This document shows, one piece after another, positions 50,336-59,588 of a stretch of DNA of 64,000 nt (position 1 is the first letter of the stretch; every line of letters starts with the position of its first letter). The stretch spans positions 345,906 through 409,905 of the forward strand of contig CAWEOV010000024.1 of the NCBI GenBank assembly GCA_963810765.1. The letters run 5' to 3'. Source of the DNA: an uncultured Verrucomicrobiae bacterium. Lineage in GTDB: Bacteria > Verrucomicrobiota > Verrucomicrobiia > Chthoniobacterales > Terrimicrobiaceae. A program made the translations under genes and the position numbers. The notes under the pieces are model-generated. The model saw only the letters and a list, made by a program, of their open reading frames with translations, searched no databases and was not told where the DNA came from.

Positions 50336-50537
50336 GAATCAGAACTCGTCCTGGCCGGCTTTTGCTTGGCATGCGGTTGACCTGGCATATAGCGATTGAA
50401 GAGTGACGTGCGGCGGCGATCAAGCACGCCGAATAAATCCTCGCGAGCGCCATGCCAGAAATGTCAAAAATGAAATCAATGAACCAAATCGACCGTTCCG
50501 TCGGGATCAATTGCAGCCAAAGCCTGATGATCCGGCG

Positions 50538-50963
50538 ATGAACTGGTTCTACTGGGCTCTTGGTTCGGCGCTTTTCGCTGCATTGACGGCGATCCTTTCG
50601 AAGGTCGGGGTCGAGGGGGTGGACTCAAATGTCGCCACGGCGTTGCGAACCACCGTCGTCGTCTGTTTCGCCTGGGCGATCGTGATTTTCTCCGGCGTGA
50701 CGGGCAGCGTTTCACTGCTTAATGGACGGTCTGTGTTGTTTCTTGGTCTTTCCGGGCTTGCCACTGGCGCCTCGTGGCTGTGCTATTTTCGCGCTCTCCA
50801 ACTCGGTGATGCCTCGAAGGTCGCTCCCGTTGACAAGTTAAGCGTGGTTCTTGTGCTCCTCTTTGCCGCTTTGTTTCTCGGAGAGAAGATGCACTGGCAG
50901 ACCGTTCTCGGCGCAGCGCTCATTGTCGGGGGCGTAGTGATCCTAAGCCAGCAGGGTCACTGA
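50538..50963 (+). CDS. small EamA/DMT-superfamily transporter (single EamA domain)
   Basis: Start at MNWFYWALGSALFAALTAILSKVG. Four TM helices and the C-terminus GAALIVGGVVIL are typical of EamA repeats. Confidence 0.72.
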   Translation: MNWFYWALGSALFAALTAILSKVGVEGVDSNVATALRTTVVVCFAWAIVIFSGVTGSVSLLNGRSVLFLGLSGLATGASWLCYFRALQLGDASKVAPVDKLSVVLVLLFAALFLGEKMHWQTVLGAALIVGGVVILSQQGH

Positions 50964-51042
50964 CAATCCACCATTTCGGGGCGCTTTATGTACAGCGCGC
51001 CATTGATGTAAGGAATTCCCACGACAAATGAGCAGGCGGAGC

Positions 51043-51786
51043 CTAGGCGACCTTGCGCAGAACGGCCGCGACGTCGAGACCGAGCGAAGCTTTAAATCTC
51101 GGAGACCGGGAGCATGGGGGGCCCGCAACATAATATGTCGTTGCCATTGCACCACGAACATTGATCTCCGTGTAACTGACTGTGCAGGCATCGTCTCGAT
51201 GCATGCACAGCGAGAATGGGCCGGCCTTCGGCGCGTGACTACGATGCAGTTTTCTTAGCAATGGCAGATCAAAGGAGTCACCATGCGTGCGAGCGCATAC
51301 CCGCCGTCTCACTTGATTCGCCTTTCCTTCGTCAAGAGCGGATGAGAACCAGTGGTGACGCTTCCAAGACAAATCAAAGGGTTCCAAATCGCCACAGCCG
51401 GAATGCCATTCGGTAAGCGACCGCTCGGACAAACTGACGACCATTAGTCGGAAGGGATTCATCCGCCTGAGCGGCAATTTTCCCAACTGGGTGCCAGCTG
51501 CTTTGAGGTCGCGCGCCGAGAGAAGCGTGCGAACGACTTCGCCCCGGCTCAGCGGGGTTCCATGCGCACAGTCGGGCTGGGAATACCAGTTAATAAGCGA
51601 GAATGCCATGCCTGCGCTGTTGACTCCTATCCATGTGCCTCCGCTCAATTCGCGCGGATAAAGCATCAACAGTCCATCACGCCCATGCTCTTCCGGCGGA
51701 AGGCCCGATACGCGCGAAAGCCTTTCGTCCCGGTTCATGGCAAGGACGAATCCGTCGTCGCGGGGTAGAAAACTCACGCTGCACAT
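51043..51786 (-). CDS. NRDE-family (TANGO2-like) protein
   Basis: The N-terminus MCSVSF...VLAMNRDE is the family hallmark. Confidence 0.85.
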   Translation of the reverse strand: MCSVSFLPRDDGFVLAMNRDERLSRVSGLPPEEHGRDGLLMLYPRELSGGTWIGVNSAGMAFSLINWYSQPDCAHGTPLSRGEVVRTLLSARDLKAAGTQLGKLPLRRMNPFRLMVVSLSERSLTEWHSGCGDLEPFDLSWKRHHWFSSALDEGKANQVRRRVCARTHGDSFDLPLLRKLHRSHAPKAGPFSLCMHRDDACTVSYTEINVRGAMATTYYVAGPPCSRSPRFKASLGLDVAAVLRKVA

Positions 51787-52718
51787 TGCTCAATCCTCAA
51801 AAGGGTGACCGCATTCCTGAAAGGGGATCTGCACGATGCCCACGCCGCCGGTTCTCGTCGGCAAGGGCGAACACAAGTTCCCATTGCCTGAACAAGATGC
51901 GGTAGGCCTACCCGAACCATAAGCATTCGTAGCCTCGGAGGCCGCTCCGTTCAACTCGAGAATTGCGAATCCTTTCCCCTTCCGAAATTCCTCGATCGAA
52001 CTGAAGCGATCCGGCCCTGTTTTGCGGTGGGAAACGATAGTAGAAGAGCCCGGCCTCGTGCGGACCAGGGATGTATCGCTGGCGATGACGCCGGATCGCG
52101 GTTAACTCGAGTAGTTTGCGCGGCAATGAGAGCCATCGGTTGCGGGTCAAAAATAGCGCGAGTGCGGTTGCCGCCTGCGGTAGCCCGTAAGACGAATTGA
52201 AAACGCTTTCCGCCGCTCCCCCGAACTGACGCAAGATCGAGAAAACCAACCCCACTCGTTGCGCGACCTGACGGCCCTACGGTTGCCTGCGAAGCCCGGA
52301 GTTGATCCCGGCCATCCGGTTAGAAAACCATCATTCGGGGAACGTCTTATCGAAAGCGTTCGGGTTGCTGTCACTAATAGCAACAAGCCCAATAAAGGCC
52401 ACGCAGACGATTATGAGACACAGGATGATAGAGCCAACGATAACTACTGGTTTTTTCATAGTGGGGGAGATTATGGCCTAAAGTCTCACTTGCTGCAAAG
52501 ACTGAGAGAGGCGTTGCTTCGATGTGATCGGTATCTTACTTGACCGGTCCACCCGCGGCCTGAATCGGAATCGCGCTGTTCGCGGAGCGGACCCGCGCTG
52601 CAATCGACGCGATCTGTGCGACCCTTGTCGCAGGGAGAGACGGCCGCGCCCTGTAAACACCATCGCTGGACAGATCCAGAGCCAGGCCGCCGCAGTCACG
52701 GCGCGCAACCATCGCGCG

Positions 52719-54653
52719 TTAACCGTCGACCGCTTGCCGCAAGATTCCCTCGGAAAGAGTTTCGGGCAGGTCAGCGAGCAAATTCGCGGCGAGGCGATAC
52801 CCCGACCCATCGACGTTTAGCGTCACGGATCGCAACCACTCTGCGATGCGCAATCGCGCGGAACGGCAAAAATAATCTGCCAGATCGAGTCCTCTTGACG
52901 CATCAGGATCGGAACGGTCCACCATTGCCTGCGCACGTGACAATGTGGCCGACATTGCGAAAATCTCGGCGCCAATATCCACGAAACGACCAAGCAGGAG
53001 CTGGCGCTTCTCCAACCCCGATCCATTCACGAGCATTTGGTGGAACATTCGCCGGGCCAACCGGCGCGCACATGACTCGCACCAGCGGAGATGCCGCGCC
53101 AGGCGACGGTCGAAGTCTTTCTCGAGCCGCCGTGGAAGAAGCGTTGAGGGATACCACACGCTGTAGAAACGGGCGGCGTGCAGCCCGGCGGCACCCCGCA
53201 CGGAAACGGGCAACCGCCGGTCGAGAATCGGCGCGCTGATTTTCAAATGCGGGTCGAGTGCCTCCCTCGCGATGAACAATCGCATAATTTCGCTTGAACC
53301 CTCGAAAATGGTATTGATGCGGCTATCGCGCACAATGCGTTCCACGGGATCGGGCGACTCACCGCGCTTGCCAAGCGAAGCGGCGGTCTCGTACCCGCGT
53401 CCGCCGCGAATTTGCATTGTGTCATTGGCGATCTTCCAGGCCCACTCGGTCGCCAGCATCTTGCAGATCGCTGATTCGAGCCGGAAATCCGACTTCGCCC
53501 GATCCACCAGCGAGGCCGTAAGCATCGTCATCGACTCCATGGCAAAAGTCGCGGCGGCCATGTCGGCGATCTTGCTCGCAATGGCGGCATGCTCGCCGAT
53601 CGGCCTCCCCCATTGCACGCGCGACTTCGCCCAACGGGTGGTGATCTCCAGGCACCGTTTGGCGAGTCCCACGCAAGCGGCGGGCAAGGTGAGACGCCCC
53701 GTGTTCAACGTGCTCAAAGCCACTCTCAGGCCTTTTCCTTCGGCAAGCAGAACGTTCTCGCGAGGCACACGGACGTCGTGAAAATCGATAACGGCGTTGT
53801 AGAGCGCGCGCAATCCCATGAACCGGCAACGCTGGACGATCTCTATACCCGGCCAGGACGTCTCCACGATGAAGGCCGTAATTTGACTCTTGCTTTGCCC
53901 GCGAATCACCTTTGGCGGAGTCTTCGCCATGACGACAATCACGCCGGCGCGCGTGCCATTCGTGCACCACATCTTGCGGCCGTTCAGAATGAATGCCGAA
54001 CCGTCCGCGGCAGGCTCCGCGCGCGTTTCCATTCGAGCAGGATCGGATCCGGCGCCCGGTTCCGTCAGCGCGAAGGCTGAGATTTCCCCTTTGGCTACTC
54101 GAGGCAGGTATCTTTGCCGCTGTTCCTCGGTGCCGAAGAGCAGAAGCGGTTGCGGCACGCCGATCGATTGATGCGCGCTTAGCAGCGCCGTCATGTTGCC
54201 GCACCAGCTTCCAAGCAGCATCGCGGCGCGGCAATAGTTCGTCTGAGAAAGGCCCAGGCCGCCGTATCTCGTTGGAATTTTGATTCCGAACGCTCCCAAC
54301 TTTGCGAGGCCGGCGATGACCTCATCGGGAATCTCCCCGCTCTCATCGATCTCGTCCGGGTTTGTATTACTCCGGAGAAACTCTTCGAGCCTGCAGAGAA
54401 AAGCGTCCCCCTGATCCCGATCCTCGATTGTTTGCTCGGGGAAGGGCGTGATTTGCGACAGATCGTGACGACCCAGGAACAGCCCGCCTGCGAACGTTCT
54501 TTCCATCGAGGCCGCTTCCCGCGCTGCCTCCGTCACTTCCAACGCCGCGCGCTCGCCTTCCGACATGCGCGACGTGTCGATCACAGATTCGTTATCGTTC
54601 TTTGACACAATGCTCACAGTTTGCCGGACTCGGAAGGACCGAACGGTTGCCAA
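52719..54653 (-). CDS. long acyl-CoA dehydrogenase-family protein
   Basis: LTEPGAGSDPA, RCRFMGLR, IRGGRGYE motifs plus a C-terminal extension. The start may be the internal MSEGERAAL. Confidence 0.88.
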   Translation of the reverse strand: MATVRSFRVRQTVSIVSKNDNESVIDTSRMSEGERAALEVTEAAREAASMERTFAGGLFLGRHDLSQITPFPEQTIEDRDQGDAFLCRLEEFLRSNTNPDEIDESGEIPDEVIAGLAKLGAFGIKIPTRYGGLGLSQTNYCRAAMLLGSWCGNMTALLSAHQSIGVPQPLLLFGTEEQRQRYLPRVAKGEISAFALTEPGAGSDPARMETRAEPAADGSAFILNGRKMWCTNGTRAGVIVVMAKTPPKVIRGQSKSQITAFIVETSWPGIEIVQRCRFMGLRALYNAVIDFHDVRVPRENVLLAEGKGLRVALSTLNTGRLTLPAACVGLAKRCLEITTRWAKSRVQWGRPIGEHAAIASKIADMAAATFAMESMTMLTASLVDRAKSDFRLESAICKMLATEWAWKIANDTMQIRGGRGYETAASLGKRGESPDPVERIVRDSRINTIFEGSSEIMRLFIAREALDPHLKISAPILDRRLPVSVRGAAGLHAARFYSVWYPSTLLPRRLEKDFDRRLARHLRWCESCARRLARRMFHQMLVNGSGLEKRQLLLGRFVDIGAEIFAMSATLSRAQAMVDRSDPDASRGLDLADYFCRSARLRIAEWLRSVTLNVDGSGYRLAANLLADLPETLSEGILRQAVDG

Positions 54654-54697
54654 TTGGAAGTCGCCCGAAAACGCGCACCCGCCGCGCCGATAGGCCG

Positions 54698-56836
54698 CTA
54701 GTCCCCATAGAATGTCCTATTTTGCTTGTTCATTTGGATGAGTCGCTCGCAAGGAGCAAATTGGGGTTCTCCGCCTTCGTTGAGCCGCCGAAGATCCTCA
54801 GTGATTATGCCAATGCCGGCGCCATCAGCGTAGCGCAACGGACCGCCCCGGAATGGGGCAAAACCGGTTCCCATGATCATTGCGAAATCGACATCCCTCG
54901 GATCTTCCACAATGCGCTCCTCAAGGCACATGGCAGCCTCATTGACCATTAAAAGAACCATGCGCTTCCGAAGTTCCTCCCGGGAGGAGCCTGCCTTGTC
55001 CTCCCTCTCCCGAAGTCTCAGAACGACGGGATTGACGCCGGCATGGCGACCTTTTCGATACTCATAGAATCCCTTGCCGCCTTTCCGGCCCTTGAATTCC
55101 GCCTCCGGCAGTTGCGCAAAAATCCCCGGCATCTTCATTCGGTCCGGAAATGCCGCACAAAGTGTCTGCGCGACATCGGACGCGACATCGAGCCCGACTT
55201 CGTCCAGCAGCCGCAACGGACCCATCGGCATGCCAAAGTCGAGCATGCTCTCATCCAGCGCCCTGACTTCTGCGCCCGCTTCAAACAAGCGCACGGCTTC
55301 AAGCAGATACGGTAGCAGAATGCGATTGACCAGAAACCCTGGTCGATCCCTAACGACTACGGGGAGCTTGCCGATCCGCTGCACCAAAGCCACAGCGGTA
55401 TCAACCGCAACGTCCGAAGTCAGATCCGCTCGAACGACCTCGACAAGTTTCATACGGTGCACCGGATTGAAGAAGTGAAGGCCAACGATGCGTTGAGGAT
55501 GCTGCAAGCCGCGGCTGATCTCCGTCACCGAGAGCGCGGAGGTGTTCGTGGCAAGCAGCGTTTCCGGACGCGTCCGCTCTTCGAGGTCGGCGAAGATTTT
55601 CTTTTTCAATTCCATCTTCTCCACTGCAGCCTCAACCACCAGATCGACTGACTTCATTTCCACGGGCACCTCCGCCGGAACGATGCGATCCATCCCGGCC
55701 TGAGCTTCCGCGGCAGAGAGCAACCCTCGACGCCGGGCATCGGAAAAGAGCTTTTCCGAGCGCTGCAAGCCTTGGGCTAGCTGGCCGGCGTCTATATCTC
55801 GAAGCAGAACGTCCATGCCGCGCGAGGCAAGCCACTGGGCAATGCCCGAACCCATAACGCCAGAGCCAACCACCGCAGTCTTCCGCAGCAATTCCGCTTT
55901 GGGTGCCGGCAGGTGCTTCGCGCGATCCTGGAGAAAGAAGATCCGGATGAGGTTTTTGGACACCTCGGTGTCGGCCAGCCGGAGAATCACCTCTTTCTCA
56001 GCCGCAAGTGACTGCGGAATGCTGCGAACAAGGGACTTCGCCGCCACGTCAATTGCGCGGAGCGCAGCGGGGTAATGCCCGCGGGTCTTCTTCAGTACCG
56101 AATTTCTTGCCAGCGCGGAAACTGCCTGCCACGCGGGAATCCAGGCAAGGCGCCGAAGGTCGCGCAGGCGCGGTTTTCCGTTGGTCACGAAGCGTCCGGC
56201 TAATACGAGCAAACGCTCTCGCGGCGCCATGCCATCAATGAGGCCGAGGGCCATCGCCTTCGAAGCCGGCATCAACTCGCCGCGCAGGATCACCTTCAAG
56301 GCGCGCGGCAGGCCCAGCAGCCGGGGCAGGCGCGTCGATCCGCCCCATGCCGGAATGAGGCCAAGATTCACCTCAGGAAGGCCGATCCGCGTGGATCGTT
56401 CCGGGCTCGCAACCCGATAGTCGCAGGCCAGCGCCAACTCGAGCCCTCCGCCCGCGCACGCGCCATGAATCGCGGCGACCGTCACGCTCTTAAGCGAGGC
56501 AATCCTGGCGAAAGTTTGCTGGCCGAGGTCCACCAGTTCTGCCCGGCTTTTCGTGCCGGCCAGTTCCCTTAAATCGGCTCCAGCGATGAAGACGGACGGC
56601 TTCGCGCTCTCGAAGACCACGCCACGGAAGGATTGCCCGTCCAGTTCATCAAGAATCTCCGCAAGCGCGTTAAGGGTCTTGGTATCCAGCACGTTGACCG
56701 AACTTCCAGGCCGGTCGAATCGAACTAGCGCTATTGCGTCTTCACCGGTGTGCAGCTGCACGGATGCCGCGTTGGAAGAAGAATCAGCCTTTTGGCCCGT
56801 ATTGGTCGCTGGGGGTGGATGGATTGCGGCATTCAT
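54698..56836 (-). CDS. bifunctional enoyl-CoA hydratase / 3-hydroxyacyl-CoA dehydrogenase (FadB/FadJ-like)
   Basis: Crotonase part FIAGADL...AAIHGACAGGGLELALACD. NAD fold VVGSGVMGSGIAQ. HFFNPVHRMKLVEV. ATG 56836 overlaps the thiolase stop (ATGA). Confidence 0.9.
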   Translation of the reverse strand: MNAAIHPPPATNTGQKADSSSNAASVQLHTGEDAIALVRFDRPGSSVNVLDTKTLNALAEILDELDGQSFRGVVFESAKPSVFIAGADLRELAGTKSRAELVDLGQQTFARIASLKSVTVAAIHGACAGGGLELALACDYRVASPERSTRIGLPEVNLGLIPAWGGSTRLPRLLGLPRALKVILRGELMPASKAMALGLIDGMAPRERLLVLAGRFVTNGKPRLRDLRRLAWIPAWQAVSALARNSVLKKTRGHYPAALRAIDVAAKSLVRSIPQSLAAEKEVILRLADTEVSKNLIRIFFLQDRAKHLPAPKAELLRKTAVVGSGVMGSGIAQWLASRGMDVLLRDIDAGQLAQGLQRSEKLFSDARRRGLLSAAEAQAGMDRIVPAEVPVEMKSVDLVVEAAVEKMELKKKIFADLEERTRPETLLATNTSALSVTEISRGLQHPQRIVGLHFFNPVHRMKLVEVVRADLTSDVAVDTAVALVQRIGKLPVVVRDRPGFLVNRILLPYLLEAVRLFEAGAEVRALDESMLDFGMPMGPLRLLDEVGLDVASDVAQTLCAAFPDRMKMPGIFAQLPEAEFKGRKGGKGFYEYRKGRHAGVNPVVLRLREREDKAGSSREELRKRMVLLMVNEAAMCLEERIVEDPRDVDFAMIMGTGFAPFRGGPLRYADGAGIGIITEDLRRLNEGGEPQFAPCERLIQMNKQNRTFYGD

Positions 56837-58083
56837 AAGCGTTCGAGCCAAAGCGCGGCCCCCTGCCCTCCTCCCACACATAAACTGACGAGGGCCTGCC
56901 GGCCGTTGCGGCGTTGCAGTTCCTTCAGCGCAGTGAGAACCAGGCGCGCACCGCTAGCCCCCACCGGATGGCCGATCGCTATGGCGCCTCCATTGACGTT
57001 CAGACGCTCGTCCGAAATCTCGCCAATGCCCTCATCCTTCAATTTTCGCAGGACCGCGAGAACTTGCGCCGCAAAAGCTTCGTTGATCTCGACGAGCTCC
57101 GCATCGTCAACGGTTAAATGGAGCCGCTCGAGCAGGCGTGCGATCGCGTAGACCGGACCGAGCCCCATACGGCCAGGATCACAACCCGCGTAAGCGAAGC
57201 CGCGAATGGCGCCCAGCGGCTCGAGGCCAAGGCTGCTCGCGGCGGCCTCTGTTCCGATCAACAACGCTACTGCGCCATCGGTAATCTGCGAAGAATTTCC
57301 CGCTGTGACGGTGCCGGTTTCCTTTTCAAAAACTGGCCGCAGCTTCGCCAAGGCTTCCAGGGTCTGGTGCGGGCGCACGCCGTTGTCGCGCACGACCGCA
57401 ACGCCGCGCGCCGTGTCGTATGCTGGAACGATCTCCTCTGCAAACTTGGCTTCCGCCTCGGCGGCTCGTTGGTGCGACCGCAATGCAAAGGTGTCTTGCG
57501 CCACGCGTCCAATTTCGAATTCCCGCGCCAGGACCTCGGCGGTTTCCCCCATATTCAAGCCGCTCACGGGATCACTCAGTCCGAGCCTTAAAGCTGGGGT
57601 GGGCACAAAATCCCGCGGGCGCAGCGCAGAGACGGCGCGGGCTTTCGACAACAAGCTCTTGCCTGAAGCCAGGGATGCGAACCTCTTTGTTGACTGTTTG
57701 GGAAAGAGCATCGGGGTGCTCGACATGCTCTCAACGCCTCCCACCAAGTAAAGTTCGCCCTCGCCGGATTGAATCCGGAGCCACGCCTGCGTGACCGCTT
57801 CGATTCCCGAAGCGCAATTGCGCTGCACTGTAAGGGCCGGCACGTGCTTCGGAACTCCCGAACGAAGCGCGGCCACACGCGCGAGATTCAGCGCATCAGC
57901 TGGCTGTGCCACGCAACCGAAAATCACTTCCTCGAGCCGAGCGGGATCGAGGGCAGTCCGAACCATGATGCCGACCATGGCGGCGCGCGCCAGATCCGCC
58001 GCTCCCACCCCGGCGAGACTGGTTCCCGCCTTCGTGAAAGGCGTGCGCACTCCGGCGATGACCACTACCGGGCTCGCCTTCAT
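56833..58083 (-). CDS. acetyl-CoA C-acyltransferase (thiolase)
   Basis: Start MKASPVVVIAGVRTPFTKAG at 58083 (ATGA overlap with the upstream gene). Active-site regions VQRNCASG, NEAFAAQVL, NVNGGAIAIGHPVGASG and CVGGGQG. Confidence 0.9.
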   Translation of the reverse strand: MKASPVVVIAGVRTPFTKAGTSLAGVGAADLARAAMVGIMVRTALDPARLEEVIFGCVAQPADALNLARVAALRSGVPKHVPALTVQRNCASGIEAVTQAWLRIQSGEGELYLVGGVESMSSTPMLFPKQSTKRFASLASGKSLLSKARAVSALRPRDFVPTPALRLGLSDPVSGLNMGETAEVLAREFEIGRVAQDTFALRSHQRAAEAEAKFAEEIVPAYDTARGVAVVRDNGVRPHQTLEALAKLRPVFEKETGTVTAGNSSQITDGAVALLIGTEAAASSLGLEPLGAIRGFAYAGCDPGRMGLGPVYAIARLLERLHLTVDDAELVEINEAFAAQVLAVLRKLKDEGIGEISDERLNVNGGAIAIGHPVGASGARLVLTALKELQRRNGRQALVSLCVGGGQGAALWLERL

Positions 58084-59588
58084 TTCTCGGGAGAGCTCGC
58101 CACGCTGGCCGAACGGCTTTCGGTCTTGAATCGCCGATCGACCACCTTTTGCTCCTTGAGCTTTTCCCCCACTCCTTGAAGCCGGCGCATCTCGGAATCC
58201 GTATGAAACATGATGCGATTTGCACGCAGTTCGGCACGCTCGAAGAGGCATCGCACGATCTCCTTCGACGCGGAGCTCTCCTCTCCTCCGTCGCCCAGAG
58301 AGATATGCAGAACGAGTTCATCCACCTCCATGGGATCATCATTAACCTTTCGCAACTCGATTTGCCAGGATCCAACGCTCGGCAGATCGTCAAGGACGTG
58401 CTCGAGCTCATTGAGGTCGACAAGCGTTCCCTTGATCTTGTCGAGCTGCATTTCGCGGACATCCGACCGCCGTGATATCCTCCCGACAAGGCGTGGCATG
58501 ACGCGACCGCAATGCGGACACGGCTCATAGGTCACGCCGCCCTCGACGACGTCGCCCGTCCGATACCGCAGGACGCATGACCCGCGCGCCTCGAGCGAGG
58601 TAAAGACAATCTCGCCCGGTTCGCCGTCACCTTTGAGCGCGCCCGTCTCAGGATCGACGATCTCGACAATCCCTAGATCGGGATAGAGATGGTAGCCGGA
58701 CGGTTCGGCGCCCACTGGAAACAGGCACTCGCACCACGCCATTTTCGCCTCGGTGAAGCCGTAGGTCGAAACGACGGTGACGCTCTTCGAATGAAGACAA
58801 GAGGCGGACTCCTGCAGTTTGCGTCGCAAACCTTGAGGCACCTTTTCTCCACCGAGCACGATTCCGCGCAGATTGTCGCATCGGACACCGTCCAACGCGG
58901 CTTCGCGCAGGACGTGATAGACAAAGGTCGGCATACCGATCAGCACGTCTGGATTTATCTTTCGCAGCATGCGGATGTTGCCGTCTGTCCCCACAGTCTT
59001 TCCTCCCCCTGAGCTAAGGAGGAATACACCGAATTCGGTGCCCGCGTAGTGTGCCTGCCAGAACGCGAGATGAGGGGCAAAGGGGAACATGCTCAACATT
59101 CGATCTCCCAGCCGTGCGCCGGCAAGCTGCATCATACGAAAACCCGCCGCTCTAAGCACGGCCAAATCGTGCGCAGTGTAAACGAACGGCATCGGCTCGG
59201 CTGACCGGCCCGTGGTACTCGTCATCAGGATCGGAAGAAACTCTCTCTCCAGCTCGCGCTTTGCACGGCTCGGCCCGCGGAGAAGTCCGCGTAAAATGGT
59301 AGCGGGACGGCGCGCCAGTTGGTGTGGATCAGGAGTGATGATGAATTCCCTGGTGCGTTCAGATCCCCCCGACAAATCGCTCTTCGACGTGAAGGGGATC
59401 CGCTGAAGATCCTCCAGAGTCTTGATATCCCGCCAATCCAGTCCGTGCTTCGAAAACACTTCCCGATAGCGCGGATGGAAGGGCAGGACCACATCGCGCA
59501 AATAGGCGCGAAGCCGGCTCGCCTGCAGATTGCGAAGAGTTTCTCTAGGCAGCTTGTGCCAGGAAGTTGTGAGGCGGTTGGCGTTCAT
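58080..59588 (-). CDS. PaaK/F390-synthetase-like adenylate-forming CoA ligase
   Basis: The N-terminus L.NLQ..RLR.YL...V.PFHP.YRE.F...G....DI.TLEDL..IPFT.K.DL and the TSGTTG-like LMTSTTGRS match phenylacetate-CoA ligase family proteins. Confidence 0.82.
   Translation of the reverse strand: MNANRLTTSWHKLPRETLRNLQASRLRAYLRDVVLPFHPRYREVFSKHGLDWRDIKTLEDLQRIPFTSKSDLSGGSERTREFIITPDPHQLARRPATILRGLLRGPSRAKRELEREFLPILMTSTTGRSAEPMPFVYTAHDLAVLRAAGFRMMQLAGARLGDRMLSMFPFAPHLAFWQAHYAGTEFGVFLLSSGGGKTVGTDGNIRMLRKINPDVLIGMPTFVYHVLREAALDGVRCDNLRGIVLGGEKVPQGLRRKLQESASCLHSKSVTVVSTYGFTEAKMAWCECLFPVGAEPSGYHLYPDLGIVEIVDPETGALKGDGEPGEIVFTSLEARGSCVLRYRTGDVVEGGVTYEPCPHCGRVMPRLVGRISRRSDVREMQLDKIKGTLVDLNELEHVLDDLPSVGSWQIELRKVNDDPMEVDELVLHISLGDGGEESSASKEIVRCLFERAELRANRIMFHTDSEMRRLQGVGEKLKEQKVVDRRFKTESRSASVASSPEK

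Noticed and set aside
51908-52255. 115-aa minus-strand ORF in the 51.8-52.7 kb gap
   Set aside because: It has no recognisable family and an Arg-rich composition, and other frames are equally open, so it is left unannotated.
59545-59588. 44-nt overlap between the patatin gene's 3' end and the PaaK-like ligase start, considered as a possible frameshift or fusion
   Set aside because: Both ORFs are complete and family-typical on their own. The overlap is more simply explained by normal operon overlap or a slightly later true start.
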